Assembly (NCBI GenBank): GCA_964016885.1
Contig: OZ024740.1
Coordinates: 224,254,001-224,318,000 of the forward strand
DNA from: Eledone cirrhosa
Lineage: Eukaryota
Length of the DNA stretch: 64,000 nt
Direction of reading: 5' to 3'
Made by a program: the position numbers and the translations under genes. Shown here piece after piece: positions 1 to 14,137 of this stretch (its first letter is position 1; each line of letters opens with the position of its first letter). The notes under the pieces were generated by a model, which searched no databases, had not been told where the DNA came from, and worked only from the letters and a program-made list of their open reading frames with translations.

Positions 1-7
1 ATATAGT

Positions 8-190
8 AATAATTGTTTCTACGTTTGGCACGAGGCCAGCAATCACCCAGTGCATTACTGGTACTTTATTTTATCTACCCCGTAAGGATGATAGGCACAG
101 TTAACCTTGGCGGGATTTGAACTCAGACCGTAAAGGGACGTAACTATGCTGGAAAGCATGGCGTCCGACGTTCTACTGATACTGCCAATC
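8..190 (-). mobile_element. tRNA-derived SINE, near full length
   Basis: Reverse complement matches the + copy at 22634-22832: A-box-like TGGCAGTATCAG, B-box-like GAGTTCAAATCC, core CATCCTTACGGGGTAGATAAAATAAAGTACCAG, tail GTAGAAACAATTATT. Confidence 0.85.
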
Positions 191-341
191 CAAATGTGAT
201 GACTAAAATCCAAAGAGGGCTTGATAAGGATAAATATATATCAACTATACATAAACCGTAGAGCAAATATTTATTAAAATAACAGATCCCGTTAAAGGTG
301 AAAGCAGCGATTCTTTGCTTAAACTTTAATCTGTTATTTTA

Positions 342-453
<112 letters not shown>

Positions 454-680
454 CCCTATATGCATTTTGTATGTAGGAAAACATACTTTATTATTATTAA
501 TCCCCCCTGGTCCAGATAACATTCTGGTTGTTTGAACTGCTGCTATTTCTAGTGCCAGTACATTGACCTTTCTGCCCTTGCCATCTTTACACATGGCACT
601 AGACAAAATTGTTTCTTCATCATACACTCATCCGGGAACAGATTCGAACTCGGGAATTTTATATTCTCCTAGTAAGAAGA

Positions 681-764
681 ACCCTCTGACGAAAGTCTTC
701 TTCTCAATGGTTTTCCGCATGGATTATCCATTTATTTTGAGACTTGAAACCGCGCGGTATGGGT
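681..764 (+). ncRNA. Type I hammerhead ribozyme motif with long stem II (Penelope pLTR-like)
   Basis: ACCCT-CTGACGA-AAGTC...GACTT-GAAAC-CGCGCG-GTA-TGGGT: both core boxes, stem II AAGTC/GACTT, palindromic loop III, GUA cleavage triplet, stem I ACCC/GGGT. Confidence 0.7.
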
Positions 765-1411
765 AATTATAGCAGGTGTAGTTAACCTTTTAAAATTTAT
801 TTTAAAACTTTTTCTCATTTACTAAACCTTGATTATATATATATATATAGGGACAATTAAATATCTCCCAAGGTAACTCTATCTCGTGTTATTATTTTTT
901 TATTTTTTACGCTCATTCCTACGTTCCTCTACACACTATACATCTCATATTACATTTCCTCTTACATCTCTCCGGATTCTGTTACCCGGAGATTTACCCA
1001 TCTGCATTGTTGAGGCTTCCAAAACTACCAAATATTTTATTATTCCACAATGCTTCAAGCAAACTTCAATACTCTCTTATATAGATACGTATTTTCCGAA
1101 GAGGTTGTTTTGGTAAAAACAGGAGCAAGCAAGAAAGAGCTCTCAACATTCGTAGTTTGTAGTTATTATGGAGATTCAGTATAATAATAATTAATAATAT
1201 TAATAAATAAAGATATGTCTGCTGGATGCAAGAGCAGACGGATGTGTGTCTTTTTTCCTGCCTGCAGTATATCACGGAATCGAATTTCATTTGAGGATAC
1301 CATTCTCATAACAACAACAAATGCATGAATTACATCTTGATTTCATAGGAGAACCTTTGAAATAATTATAAGGAATAAACGATTTTTGTAACATCAGCAC
1401 ATTTATTAATG

Positions 1412-1412
<1 letters not shown>

Positions 1413-1486
<74 letters not shown>
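1413..1486. repeat. (TA)n microsatellite
   Basis: Direct reading. Confidence 0.95.
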
Positions 1487-1495
<9 letters not shown>

Positions 1496-1496
1496 T

Positions 1497-1592
1497 GAGG
1501 CTAGCTTTGCCTTTCATCCTTATGGAGTAGATAAAATAAAGTACCTGTTATGCACTTGGGTAATTGCTGTCCTTATGCGAAAAGTAGAAACA
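1497..1592 (+). mobile_element. 5'-truncated SINE fragment (same family as 22634-22832)
   Basis: GCCTTTCATCCTTATGGAGTAGATAAAATAAAGTACC...GTAGAAACAA; runs directly into Tx1 ORF1 sequence. Confidence 0.75.
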
Positions 1593-4500
1593 AAAATAAC
1601 AGCGGTAAGGTCGAGAACGACAATAACAATGACAATAACAACAGCCACAACAACAATAATAGTAGGAACAGTATTAACAAAATTAACAAAAATAACAACA
1701 GCCACAATAACAGTAACAGCAGCAACAGTATCAACGAAAACAACAACAATGACAACAATAACAGCAACAACAGTACCAACGAAAACATCAACAACGACAA
1801 CAATACCAGTAACAGCGATCTCAGCAGCACCAGCAAGACGAGTAGCGGCAGCCATAGTGGTGCTGCTGAAAAAGGAGCCACTTCTTTTGCAGGTGTCCCC
1901 CGAAATATCAAAGCTGCTAGTCACAGAGGAGGAGATGGCAGTCGCAGGGGACATGGTGACAAGAAATGCCAATAGAGTTTCCCTGAAACCTCCACCCGAA
2001 TTTTTCAAGGACCAGCAGCTACGGACGGTGACCTACCGCACCGTAAGCAAAATGTCGCATCGGGTGGAGAAAGCCACGGAGGCTCAAATCCCAAAGGCCT
2101 TGTGGTGCGTCTGGGCGCGCAAAACCCACATCGCCTGAGGCAGAAAGTATGCCACAGTAGATTACTTTTCGCTACCCCCAAGAGGTGAAGTCTCACTCTT
2201 TGGAAACCCTAAAGAGTGAGGAGATAGTCTTGGTGCCCTCCTACTGCGGGCAGAAAATTGGGAGGGTCAAAGTGACACAGGTCCCACCCGACGTGCCCAT
2301 ACTTCGGCTGGCCGGTTTTGTCCTTGCTGGAATCGAGAACAGGACGACCATGCTGAAAGTAGAGAGAACTGGTCAGGTATAGGCATGCAAATGCTAATAC
2401 AAACTGACCAGGAGTGTATTGAGGCTATCCCCGAAATCATTGACATCGAGGAAGGACTGCAACTCCCTATAAGCGTCGACGGAAGACGCCCAAAATGTTA
2501 TCTCTGTGGGTCAAAGGGTCACCTTAGGGCCTTTTGTCCACAGAAGACAGCGAAGAAGAAGGCCGCCCCCTCCTTCCAATGCCTGGTCCGCTGCTACCAA
2601 GAGCAGGGCAGGCAACAAATGCAGAAGACCCTCCACGGTGAGTAGGAGCGCAACGACCATGGCACCCGTCCCAAGGCCACGGACAACTAAAACAGAAGCA
2701 GCAGTGGTGGGAACATCAGTAGCTACATTTACACCAGCAACAAAATCTCCAGAAAGGGCTCTACTGACACCCCCAATAGCCGTGGAGCACATACCCCTTC
2801 CAGACGCCACGAATCCGACATGGAGTCTGAGGCGGGAGTGAAGTGGCAAACGGTCTGCCACAAAAAAGAAAAAAAGAAAAAAACCTTTAACTTCCCCCTC
2901 CAAAGGCGAAGGCAAACAAAGAGGGGTAAAGGCTGCAAGGCGACTCGTAGCAATGCTCGAGGTGATCAGGGTAGGTGATCCTTTCTCATTTACTACATTC
3001 TTCACCCAACATGGCCTTACTTAGAATAGGCAGTATAAATGTACGTAGCCTGGGGTCATCTTAGAAGCAGGGCCACCTGCTTAACGATCTCAGGTCACTA
3101 AACATAGATGTGCAGGCCATCAGCGAGACCAGAATTTCCGAAGCACGAGACTTCGCACCGATCCTTGGTGGCTACGATGTATACGCATCTCCCTCCCGTC
3201 TGGGAGCGGGGGACGGAGTTGTTGTGCTTTTTCGGAGCGGCTTGGATCTCGCCATACGGGCCGTCTTCCTGGTCCCAGAAGGTAAGTCGGTGGTACTGGA
3301 CGTGACAGGCAGCGAAGGCAATGCTTCCAGGCTAATAGCCGTCTACGCCTCAACAGGGGCAGGACGGCCAGATTTCTTCAGACGTCTAGAGACCTTTCTT
3401 GGAACGTCCCGCTCTTTAGTGTTAGTGGTAACTCGAACGGTATCTTAGATGCACGCTGGGATTATGTGGGGCTAGTCAGTAAGGGAGAAGAATGTAAAAG
3501 CCTCACCAACCTGCTCAGACATTTTCAACTGTCTGACAGGTATCGACTGGATTATCCGAATGTGCCAATGTGGACATGGTGCAAACCGCAACGGGTCATC
3601 CAGATCGTATCTAGATAGTGTATTCTGTAGGGAAACAGATAAGGCTAGTGTAGGTTGTCCACAATTTAAAGTAGTCGACTACACGGACCACAAATGTGTG
3701 ATCTGTGTAGTCGACTTAGACCTCATAGGCAAGGACTCGGTTACTGGCAGCTGAACGCGTCTTTCCGGCGCGCAAAGCTTACAGAGACCGGATAAGCGAA
3801 TTAATTTATCGGGCGTTGACGGGTGCGATCGTCAACAACAGGTGGTGGTTTACACTGAAAAGGGCAATTAGAGTAGAATCAATAAGGTTTAGCAACGGAG
3901 TAAAGTTAGAGGAAAATAGAGAAGGAGAGCTAGTGAGAAAGCTAGAATAGGCGTTTAGGACAGGCATCGCAACCGACGTTCTTGCGGCAAGATTGGCACT
4001 TGACCAATTCTTCAATGCAAAGCACGAAGGCTGCGTTGTTAGTGCGAGAGCGAGTGCTCTGAGACAAGAGGGGACAAACGCTGTCCAATGGGCCATGGTG
4101 GTGGAGGCACGACGTGGCAACAAAGCCACAATTCAATCCTTGCCTGACCAAAACGGGCACATGTTACTCGAACCCGAGCAGATGTGTGACGTTTTTCAGC
4201 AGCACTTTGCTCAAATGTTTGGGAGCGGCGGCAGGCCATATCGGAGTATGAACTTAAGTGCATACCTCGAGGGACTGCCGCAGCTCTCGACAACCGCAGT
4301 GCAGTATTGCGAAAATCCGATAACAACAGGTGAAATACGGGAAGTGATGTCTGAGTGCCCGAGGGGTAAATCGCCAGGTTTGGATGGTCTGCCCTACGAG
4401 CTTTATGCTTACAGGCCAGACTTGTTCGGCGACCTCTTGGCAGACGTCTACTGCAATTGGCAGAAGAACGGGAGCATTCCCAGTTTTGTGAGCTGGGGAG

Positions 4501-6647
4501 CAGTGTCGCTGTTGCGAAAAGACCCGAACAAAGGGGACGTTATAGACAAATTCAGGCCCATAACCCTGTTAAACACAGATTTCATGATTTTGGCCAAGGT
4601 GTTAGCAACGAGATTGGCGCTTGTCATCGGGAATATGTTGGGAGATCCATCCACGACAACCTCCACCTCATGCGATATATCATAAAGAGGGTGGTTAAGG
4701 AACCTGGCACGGGTAGGCCCTGATCAACTTAGAATAATCTAAGGCATTTGATAGGGTCAACCATCGTTACCTGGCTGCGGTCCTCGATGAGCCGACTTTG
4801 GGCTAATTTTTAGGGGTTGGATCGCTGCGATGCACAGCGACATCTGCTCAGTTGTGAAGGTGAACGGTCATCTGTCACAGCCATTCAGCATCATGCGCTC
4901 GGTCCGTCAGGGTTGCCCCTCTCGTCACTCTTGTACGTATTGGCCCTAGAGTCGTTATTGCACAAATTGGAGGCGATGAAAGATGTCCCACGCGAACTGA
5001 TATGTGGGAGATCCGTATCGGCTTACGCTGACGACGTCACCATGGTGGTGTCAAACGCCGGACATGTCCAGATGCTCGGCACCGCTCTCAAAGAATATGA
5101 AGCAGTGACAGTAGCAAAGAAAAAATAGGAAAAGTCGGTGGGCTTGCAGCTCGGCACCTGAAGAGGCAAGTCCATGCCGCCCGACAGCGTTGTGGGACGC
5201 TGGATGGAAAGACCGGTTAAATTACTCGGTGTCTGGTTCGGTCCGGACCTCTAGATGGAGAAAAACTGGATGAGGTGACGAACAAGAAGGCCTCTCTCAC
5301 CCAGTAATGGGCAGAGAGGAAGCGGTCCTAAAAAGGTCGGGCAGAGGTGGCGAATTCGTTCATCGCATCCATAATCTGCTACCGCCTAACCGTTGTGCCT
5401 TGCCCCGGCCAAAATCTGACAAAAATGGAGCGCTTATTCTTCCGCTTTTTATGGAAGAGGTGTGCTGCCATGGTCAGACGATCCATCTGCTGTCAACACC
5501 CGTTGCGTGGAGGCTGGGCATGCCGTGGCTGATGATGAGCAAACACGCGCTGAGGCTGCGACATCTCTGCGATCTCTGCGACATCTCTGCTACTTCCTTG
5601 ACGGTGAACTGGTGTGGTCACCGTTTACAAGACGTGTTTTTCCCCAGCTCGTCTCCATGACGGAGCTGCAGTCCTGGAAAACACCGAGGGATAGCGCTTG
5701 GAAGCTGTAATGTCTCCAAGCGCTCACAGCCTTCTACCAGCTGGGCACTAGTATCGGTGAAACATCCACCTCGGCATTCAATAGAGGACTAGTGAAGGGG
5801 AAGAGTGACGACGTTCTCAGGGAGTCCCTGGGCGTCGAAAACGATCAGCTGTTCACTCTCTTCAAGATAACTTTCAGGTCGGGGCCTATGGACAACTTCC
5901 AGAAATCCCTGGCCTGGCAGTGCTACCGGGGAGCATTGCTGGTTCGAGATAAGCTCTACAGACACCGAAGTGCCGTCAGCTGGAACTGTCCAAGATGCGC
6001 ACAGAGCGACGAAACCATTGTGCACGCACTCGGTCAGTGTCCGAGCATTGATGACTTGTGGAGCTATGTCGAACATTTGCTGTCACGTGTAGGACGGATC
6101 CGGTTATCGACTGAGTCCATTGTGCAGATAGCCCCGCCGTCCTCCTTTAAGGAGGAGGCAGGGCAGGCAGTTTTCATCTGCCTGGTGGCCATGGCGAAAG
6201 AGATTGTGTGGTGGACAAGGTTGAAAGGATTGAAGACAGACACTTTCCTCTTCGGCGAATCCCGGATTAACTTTTTCAAATTTCACTTGAAGAGGAAAAT
6301 CAGGGTGGAGTGACAAGTGCTGTCTTCTAGTAAGTTTGTTGAAAGGTGGATGAAAGTGGCGAGTCTGTCCGAGTATGCGCCTGTATACTGAGGAGTGGAA
6401 AACTGAGAGAGGGCAATTGCGCTGGTGGCCATGATGGCCGTGGTCTTTTGTGTTGTTTTCGCCACGAGTGATCCTCGGAAGTTTCCCTCCTATTGGAGAA
6501 TTTTTGCTGTTTGAATTTTTTGGATAATTCTATCTTCTTTTTATAACCTTTTTTACACGGCCAAAACCCCCTTTGTATCGTCCTGTATCGTTCTGTGCCA
6601 TCTGTAATGTTTTACCTTCATGTTAGCCTTTGTGGCCAATAAATAAA
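1593..6647 (+). mobile_element. Tx1/L1-clade non-LTR retrotransposon, subfamily A copy 1 (decayed)
   Basis: ORF1 fragments with Thr-rich N-terminus and zinc knuckle CYLCGSKGHLRAFC; ORF2 from ATG 3011 with APE endonuclease, RT (KSPGLDGLPYE, FRPITLLNTD, SAYADD) and zf-RVT (CPRC...ETIVHALGQC); many stops and frameshifts; AATAAA at 6638. Confidence 0.92.
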
Positions 6648-8290
6648 CTGGAGACGTTGAGAGGAGGGGGGTGGGGGGTGTCCCGCGCAACCACATCGAG
6701 GCGATCGGCACTACACTAAGAGAATACGCAGCTGTGGTAGGAGCAATGATCAATCAGGAAAAGTCGGTGGGCCTGCAGCTCGGCACCTGGAGAGGCAGGT
6801 CCATGCCATCCAACAGCGTCGTCGGGTACTGGACGGACGGACCGGTTAAATTGCTAGTGATCTGGTTTGGTCCGGACCTCCAGGCGGACAAAAACTGGGA
6901 CCAGCTGACAAGCAGGGGGGCTTCTCTCACCCAGAAATGGGCCGAGAGGAAGCTATCCCTGATAGGTCGAGCGGAGGTGGCGAATGCGTACATCGCGTCC
7001 GCCATCTACTACCGCCTGACCGTCGTACATTGTCCTGAGCCTCTCCTGACTGCGCTGGAGCGTTTGCTCTTTGGCCTTTTGTGGAAGGGACGCGCTCCGA
7101 TGGTCAGGAGGTTCAAAACTGCTGTCAACACCCGCTACGTGGAGGGCTAGGCATGCCGTGGCTGATGATGTGCAGACACGCGCTCAGGCTACGACATCTC
7201 CACCTCTTCTTCGACGGTGATCAGGTGTGGTCGCCGTTTTCTAGACGCGTCTTTCCCCAGCTCGTCTCCTTGACGGAGCTGCAGTCCGGAGCTGCAGTCC
7301 GGAGCTGCAGTCCGGAGCTGCAGTCCGAAGACCGAGAGGGAGCGCTTGGAGACTGGAATGTCTTCCTGCGCTCACAGCCCTCTACCAATCGGGCAATGTG
7401 ATCGGTGGAAACTCCACCTTGGCGTTCTATTGAGGATTAGTGGAGGGGAAGAGCGACGACGTATTTGGGTTAACTCTAGGCGTCGACGAAAATCAACTAG
7501 CCAATCTCTTTGGAAGAACTTTCAGGCCGGGGCCTATGGACAACTTCCAGAAATCCCTGGCTTGGCAGTGCTACCGAGGAGCTTTGCCAGTTCGGGATAA
7601 ACTCTACAGGCAAGGAGGTTCCGTCAGCCGGGCATGTCCCAGATGCGCGCAGGGCGACGAAACCGTCCTGCATGCAATCGTCCAGTGTCCGAGTATTGCT
7701 GACTTGTGGGTTTATGTCGAACACCTGCTGTCGCGTGTAGAACGGATCCGACTATCAGCTGAGTCTATCGCGAGGATTTCCCCGCCCTCTTCCTTTAGCC
7801 GGGAAGGGCAGGCAGTTTTTATCTGTCTGGTGGCCATGGCGAAAGTGATAGTATGGTGGACGCGTCTGAAAGGGCTGAAGACGAGCACTTACCTCTTCGG
7901 TAATGCCCTGATTAACTTTTTCCAATTTCATTTGAAAAGGAAAATCAGGGTAGAGCGGGAGGTGCTCTCTTCCCAGCTTTATGTTGAAAGATGGGTGAGA
8001 GAAGCAAGAATGGACCTACTCTGAGTATATGCCTGTAAATTGAAGGTGGAAAACTGGGAGAGGACACTTACCCTGGTGGTCAGGGTCACGGTGACTTTTT
8101 TTAATGGCCTTTCTCCACGATGGCCCTCGGAAGTCTCCCCCCCTATTGGGGAATTTTTCATTGTTATTTTATTACATCCTCTGTTTTTTTTGTTTTTTAC
8201 ACGCAGATATGTCCATTTGTACCGTCCTGTATAGTCCTGTACTGTCCTTAATGTCTACTTTGTGTAAACCCTTGTGGTTAATAAAGAAAG

Positions 8291-8324
<34 letters not shown>
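6648..8324 (+). mobile_element. Tx1 subfamily B, 5'-truncated copy with (ATT)n tail
   Basis: Starts inside RT and matches ~12460-14137; zf-RVT ORF 7440-8024; 3' UTR ends AATAAAGAAAGC(ATT)11. Confidence 0.9.
7275..7326 (+). repeat. 13-bp unit GGAGCTGCAGTCC x4 inside Tx1 ORF2
   Basis: Four exact copies; single copy in sibling elements. Confidence 0.95.
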
Positions 8325-8514
8325 GGCGACCTACGTAGTAAAGTTTGTTATTTTCAGTTGTTTAAAATTGCCATTTATGGAAAATTGTTATTGTTAAATG
8401 TATATAAGTGCACATACATTGATTTCTGAAAAGGACACTCAAAAATGTTGGGGCATTGAGCCCAAAATTTAAACTTTTTATAATTATCAAAGAAACATTT
8501 TTCTTTGAAAAATC

Positions 8515-10430
8515 ATGGATGACTCAGAGTCACTCCTTCCTCACAATCTAACACCTCACACCGACACCACCATTGTAAATATAGCTACGTTTGCCAACAC
8601 TGGAAATGTAAGCAGTAGCAATATTTTAAATTTGTCTCAGGCAGACGTTCATTTCCCGCCATTACCAATGACTGCAGGTGTTAAAGCCGCCACCCCACCA
8701 CCACGACAGCGACAACAGAAACAAAAGAAAAAAATTAATTAACTCGTGATATCGAAATTAATTCAACCAAAATGAACTATTCCACACCGAACACCACTGA
8801 CACCACCACCACCACATCTGAACTAAAATTAACAATAGCAAAAATAACGATAACAACAACAGCAACAATGAAATTAAGAAAACTACCCTGAGTTTTGCAA
8901 AAACGTGCGAAGCGATCCAGGTAACTCAAGAGGAATTAGAAGCCAAAGGAATGGTAAAGAAAGATGGGTACAGGGTCAGCCCCCCCCCCCCCCCACACAC
9001 ACACACATATCTAATAAAATGGAGCAACCTCGCCTATGCAAGGTGTCTTATCGGACAATAAACATAAAATCGCGCCGAGTGGAACGGGCATCTGAGTCCC
9101 AAATCCAAAAAGCTTTGGGACATGTGTGGGCAAAAAAATCCTACATCAGGCGTGGGCAGAAGTATGGAACCGTGGACGTGTTCTTTGAAACACCACAGGA
9201 GGCCAGAGAACACTCCATGGCCCCATTAAGAAGTGACGACTTCCCACTCATCCCAAGTTATTGTGGCCAGATACTTGTGAAGATCAGGGTGACCCACGTT
9301 CCACCGGCCATCGAAATTACCTGGCTAATCGCTGCCGTCCTCGCCGGCATCGAGGCCAACACCAAAATAATAGAAATAGCAAAAGAAAAGCAGGAGAACT
9401 GGTCCGGATCTGGGATGGAGCTCCTGATCCAAGCGGACCATAAAAGCATTGAAGAGATGCCAGAGGTAATAGACCTCACTGACGGCAACCACCTCTCCGT
9501 AATCGTCGAGGGCAGAAGACCTAGGTGTGTCGTTTGTGGTGAAGGAACCCACCTAATGGCTTTCTGCCCTCAGGCTAAAAGGTTGAGGCCACCTCTCTTA
9601 CCCACCTCAGTGACTCAACCATCAACACCACCAGCAGCAGAAATAGCAACAACAACTGTAGCAGCAACAAAAGAAGCAACTGTAACAGCAACAACCCCAG
9701 CAACAGTAGCAAAACCAACACCACCACCACCCAACGCCCCAGAACTAGCACCAGCGCCTACACCATCCACCACGCCACAACCAAAACCAACGCCTGTGGA
9801 GGATTTTCCACTCCGCGGCCTATCGCAACTGGAGACAGATTGTGACGACGAGGAGTGGGAAACGGTATGAGGAAAAAAGAAAAAAAAAAGAAACCAAAAA
9901 AGAAAAAAATATTTTCCTTCCCCCTCAAAAACAAAATACAGAGGGAAACAAATAAATTATCGAACAAGAAAGTTAAGACAGATATGCCACCATCCACACC
10001 AGCATCACCAACCCCATCACCACAAACACCAACACCATCACCCTCATTAACCCCAACACCACCATCACCACAAAAGTCACCAAAAAGCGTAACAGAAACA
10101 AACCCACAACAAACGCAAACAAAACAAAACAACCAAAACGATACACACTACACAGCATTAAATTTGAACAACAACCAATTATTACATTACATGCAACACA
10201 ACACCAGCATCACAGAAAAAGACTACACAACAACCCAAAAGTTCAGACCACCTCCACACATACAAATCACTCGCATCACACAGAAAACGTACATGACACT
10301 AAAACAAAAATTTCCCAAAGACTTCCGACAAACACTCTCCAGGAGGACTTATAAGGACATCCTTCCGGAGGAGGCCACAAGCAGTGAAAAGGATGGACAA
10401 ACCATCCTTCCTCTACGAGAAGTAAGGTAA
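8515..10430 (+). pseudogene. Tx1 ORF1 (gag-like, CCHC zinc knuckle), frameshifted
   Basis: ORF pieces 8515-8742, 8905-9870 and 9855-10430; RRPRCVVCGEGTHLMAFC knuckle; Pro/Thr- and Lys-rich linkers; some breaks lie near homopolymers. Confidence 0.8.
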
Positions 10431-10464
10431 GTGGTCTTTCCCATCTTTTCCACTCCATTTCAAC

Positions 10465-13400
10465 ATGACCTCACTCAGAATAGGCAGCATAAATGCGCTT
10501 GGCTTGGGGTCGTCATGGAAGCAGGGCCCCCTGCTCAACGACCTCAGGTCACTAAACATAGATGTAGTGGCCATCAGCGAGACCAGAATCTCCGAAGCAC
10601 GTGCCTTCCCACCGATCTTCGGCGGCTACTATGTGTACGCATCTCCCAGCCGTCCGGGATCGGGAGGTGGAGTTGCTGTGCTTTTTCGGAGAGGTTTCGA
10701 TCTTGCCATACGGGCCATCTTCCTGGACCTAGAAGTAAGTTGGTGGTGCTGGACGTGACCAGCGGAGACGGGCAAGCTTTCAGGCTAGTGGCCGTCTATG
10801 CCCCGACAAGAGCAGGGCGGCCTGATTTCTTCCGGCGTCTGGAGACCTTTCTTGGAACGTCCCGCTCTTTAGTGTTAGTGGGCGACTGGAACGGGATCTT
10901 AGATCCACGCTGGGACTGTGTGGGATTAGCGGATAGGGGTGGAGGGTGCAAGAGCCTCACCAACCTGCTCAGGGGTTTTGAACTGTCTGACAGGTACCGA
11001 TTGGATTTCCCGAATGTGCCAATGTGGACTTGGACAAATCGCATAGGGTCATCCAGATCATATCTAGATAGAGTATTTTGTAGGGAAATATATAGGTCTA
11101 GCATAGGCTGTCCACAATTCAAGATAGTCAGCTACACGGACCACAAATTCGTGATCTGTGTGCTTGACTTAGATAGGCTTTATAGACGAGGACCCGGCTA
11201 CTGGAAGCTAAACGCGTCCTTACCAGCGCGCAAGGCCTACAGAGACCGGATTAGCGAACTAGTTAAGCGGGCGTTGATGGGGGCCATCGTCAACAACAAG
11301 TGGTGGTTTGCTCTGAAAATAGCGATTAGAATAGAATCGATTAGGTTTAGTAAGGCTTTAGCAAAAGAGAAAAATAGAGCAGAGGGAGAACTAGTTAGAA
11401 AATTAGACGAGGCGCTTAGCAAAGGCATTGCGACCGACATGCTCTCGGCGAAATTGGCCCTTGACCAATTCTTCAATGCAAAGCACGAAGGCTGCGTTGT
11501 CAGAGCTAGGGTGCGTGCTCTTAGACACGAGAGGACGAAAGCCATTCAATTGGCCCGAGTGGCGGAGGCGCGTCGTGGCAAGAAAGCCACGATCTGGTCT
11601 TTGGGGGACCACGACGGGCGTATGCTACTCTATCTCGGGCAAATGTGTGAAGCTTTTCAGCGACACTTCGCTCAGCTGTTCGGGGGCAGCGGTGGGCCGG
11701 GTCGAGGGATTGACTTTAGTGTCTACCTCGACGGACTGCCGCGGCGCTCGGCCACTGAGGTGGAGTGTTGCGAAAAGTCGATAACAGCCGCTGAAGTAAG
11801 GGAGGCAATGACTGGCTGCACAAGGGGTAAATCGCCTGGTTTGGATGGTCTGCCGTATGAACTTTACGTACAGATGCCAGACTTGTTCGGAGGCCTCTTG
11901 GCGGACGTCTACTGCAACTGGCAACAGAACGGGAGAATTCCCAGTTCTGTGAGCCGAGGAGCGGTGGCACTGCTGAGAAAGGATCCAAACAAGGGGATAA
12001 CATAGGTAATTTCCGGCCCATAACTCTGCTAAACACAGAGTTCAAGATTTTGGCCAAGGTGCTAGCAAAGAGGTTGGCGCTTGTCGTTGGTGGTCTGGTG
12101 GGAGAGGCGCAGACATGCGCCATTCCCAACAGATCCATCCACGACAACCTCCACCTCATGCGATACATCGTAGAGAGGGTAGCTAGGGAACCTGGCACGG
12201 GTGGGTCCTTGATCAATTTAGATCAGTCGAAAGCTTTCGATAGGGTCGACCATCGGTACCTAGTGACAGTCCTGAGGGCGGCTGGCTTTGGGCCCGTCTT
12301 CAGAGGCTGGATCGCTGCCATGCACAGCGACATCTCCTCTGTGGTGAGAGTGAACGGTCACCTGTCGGAACCGTTCAACATCATGCGCTCGGTCCGCCAA
12401 GGATGTCCCCTCTCGTCCCTTTTGTACGTATTGACTCTCGAGCCATTACTGCACAAAAAGGAGACGTTGAGGGGTGTCCCGCACGAACTAGGGTGCGGAA
12501 GATCCGTGTCAGCATATAAGGACGATGTCACCGTAGTGGTGTCGAACGCCAAACACATCGAGGCGATCGGCACTACACTAAGAGAATACAAAGCGGTGAC
12601 AGGAGCAATGATCAACCAGGAAAAGTCAGTGGGCCTGCAGCTCGGCACCTGGAGAGGCAGGTCCATGCCGTCGAACAGCGTCGTCGGACGCTGGACGGAC
12701 CGGTTAAATTGCTAGGGGTCTGGTTCGGTCCGGACCTCCAGACGGACAAAAGCTGGGACGAGGTGACGAGCAGGGTGGCTTCTCTCACCCAGAAATGGGC
12801 GCAGAGGATGCTATCCCTGAAAGGTCGAGTGGAGGTAGCTAACGCGTACATCGCGTCTGTCATCTGCTACCGCCTGACCGTCGTACCTTGTCCTAAGCCC
12901 CGCCTGACTGCGCTGGAGCGTTTGCTCTTTCGCTTTTTGTGGAAGGGACGCGCTCCGATGGTCAGGAGGTCCATCTGCTGTCAACACCCGCTACGTGGAG
13001 GGCTGGGAATACCGTGGCTGATGATACGCAGACACGCGCTCAGGCTACGACATCTCCACCTCTTCCTCTACGGTGATCAGTTATGGTCGCCGTTTGCTAG
13101 ACACGTATTTCCCCAGCTCGTTTCCTTGACGGAGATGCAGTCCTGGGTCAAGCGAAGACGGAGAGGGAGCGCCTGGAGACTGGAATGTCTTCAGGCGCTC
13201 ACAGCCCTCGACCAATCGGGCAATGTGATCGGTGGAAATTCCACCTCGGCGTTGTATAGAGGATTAGTGGAGGGGAAGAGCGATGACGTACTTGGAGAAA
13301 CTCTAGGCGTCGACGAAAATCAACTAGCCAATCTCTTCGGAAGAACTTTCAGGCCAGTGCCTATGGACAACTTCCAAAAATCTCTGTCCTGGCAGTGCTA

Positions 13401-13872
13401 CCGAGGAGCCTTGCCAGTTCGGGATAAACTCTATAGGCATGGCGGTGCCGTCAGTCGGGCATGTCCGAGATGCGCACAGGGCGACGAAACCGTCCTGCAC
13501 GCACTCGTCCAGTGTCCGAAAATTGCTGACTTGTGGGTTTATGTCGAACACCTGCTGTCGCGTGTAGGACGGATCCGGCTATCATCTGAGTCCATCGTGA
13601 GGATTGCCCCACCCTCCTCCTTTACCCGGGAAGGGCAGGCAGTTTTTATCTGTCTGGTGGCCATGGCGAAAGAGATAGTATGGTGGACACGTTTGAAAGG
13701 GCTGAAGACGAGCACTTACCTCTTCGGTGATGCTCTGATTAACTTTTTCAAATTTCATTTGAAAATCAGAGTAGAGAGGGAAGTGCTCTCTTCCCAGCAT
13801 TTTGTTGAAAGATGGGTGAGAGAAGCAAGAATGGCTCGAGTGAATGGGCCTACTCTTAGTATATATCTGTAA
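10465..13872 (+). pseudogene. Tx1 ORF2 (APE endonuclease, reverse transcriptase, zf-RVT), frameshifted
   Basis: SIN, ISET, VYAP, GDWN, SYLDR and TDH APE motifs; LDQSKAFDRVDH, SVRQGCPLS and YKDD (mutated YADD); C-terminal CPRC-ETVLHALVQC; frameshifts near 10740, 12000 and 12710. Confidence 0.92.
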
Positions 13873-14137
13873 ATTAAAGGTGGAAAACTGGGAGAGGGCA
13901 CTTGCCTTGGTGGTCAGGGTCACTGTGGCCTTTTACTGGGCTTTCTCCACAAATGTCCCTCCGAAGTCTCCCCCCTATTGGGGAATTTTTCATTGTTATT
14001 TTTTGTTACATCCTCTGTTTTTGTTTTTTATACGCAGAAATGTCCATTTGTACTGTCCTGTATTCTCCTGCACTGTCCTTAATGTCTACTTTATGTAAAC
14101 CCTTGTGGTTAATAAAGAAATCATTATTATTATTATT

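Larger units (their letters stand above)
8325..14137 (+). mobile_element. Tx1 subfamily B, full-length but frameshifted copy
   Basis: 5' UTR begins right after (ATT)n; ORF1 ~8515-10430; ORF2 10465-13872; 3' UTR with AATAAA and (ATT)5 tail. Confidence 0.93.

Noticed and set aside
8325-14137. Active, intact LINE
   Set aside because: Several frameshifts in both ORFs and YADD changed to YKDD; some homopolymer shifts could be sequencing errors, but not all
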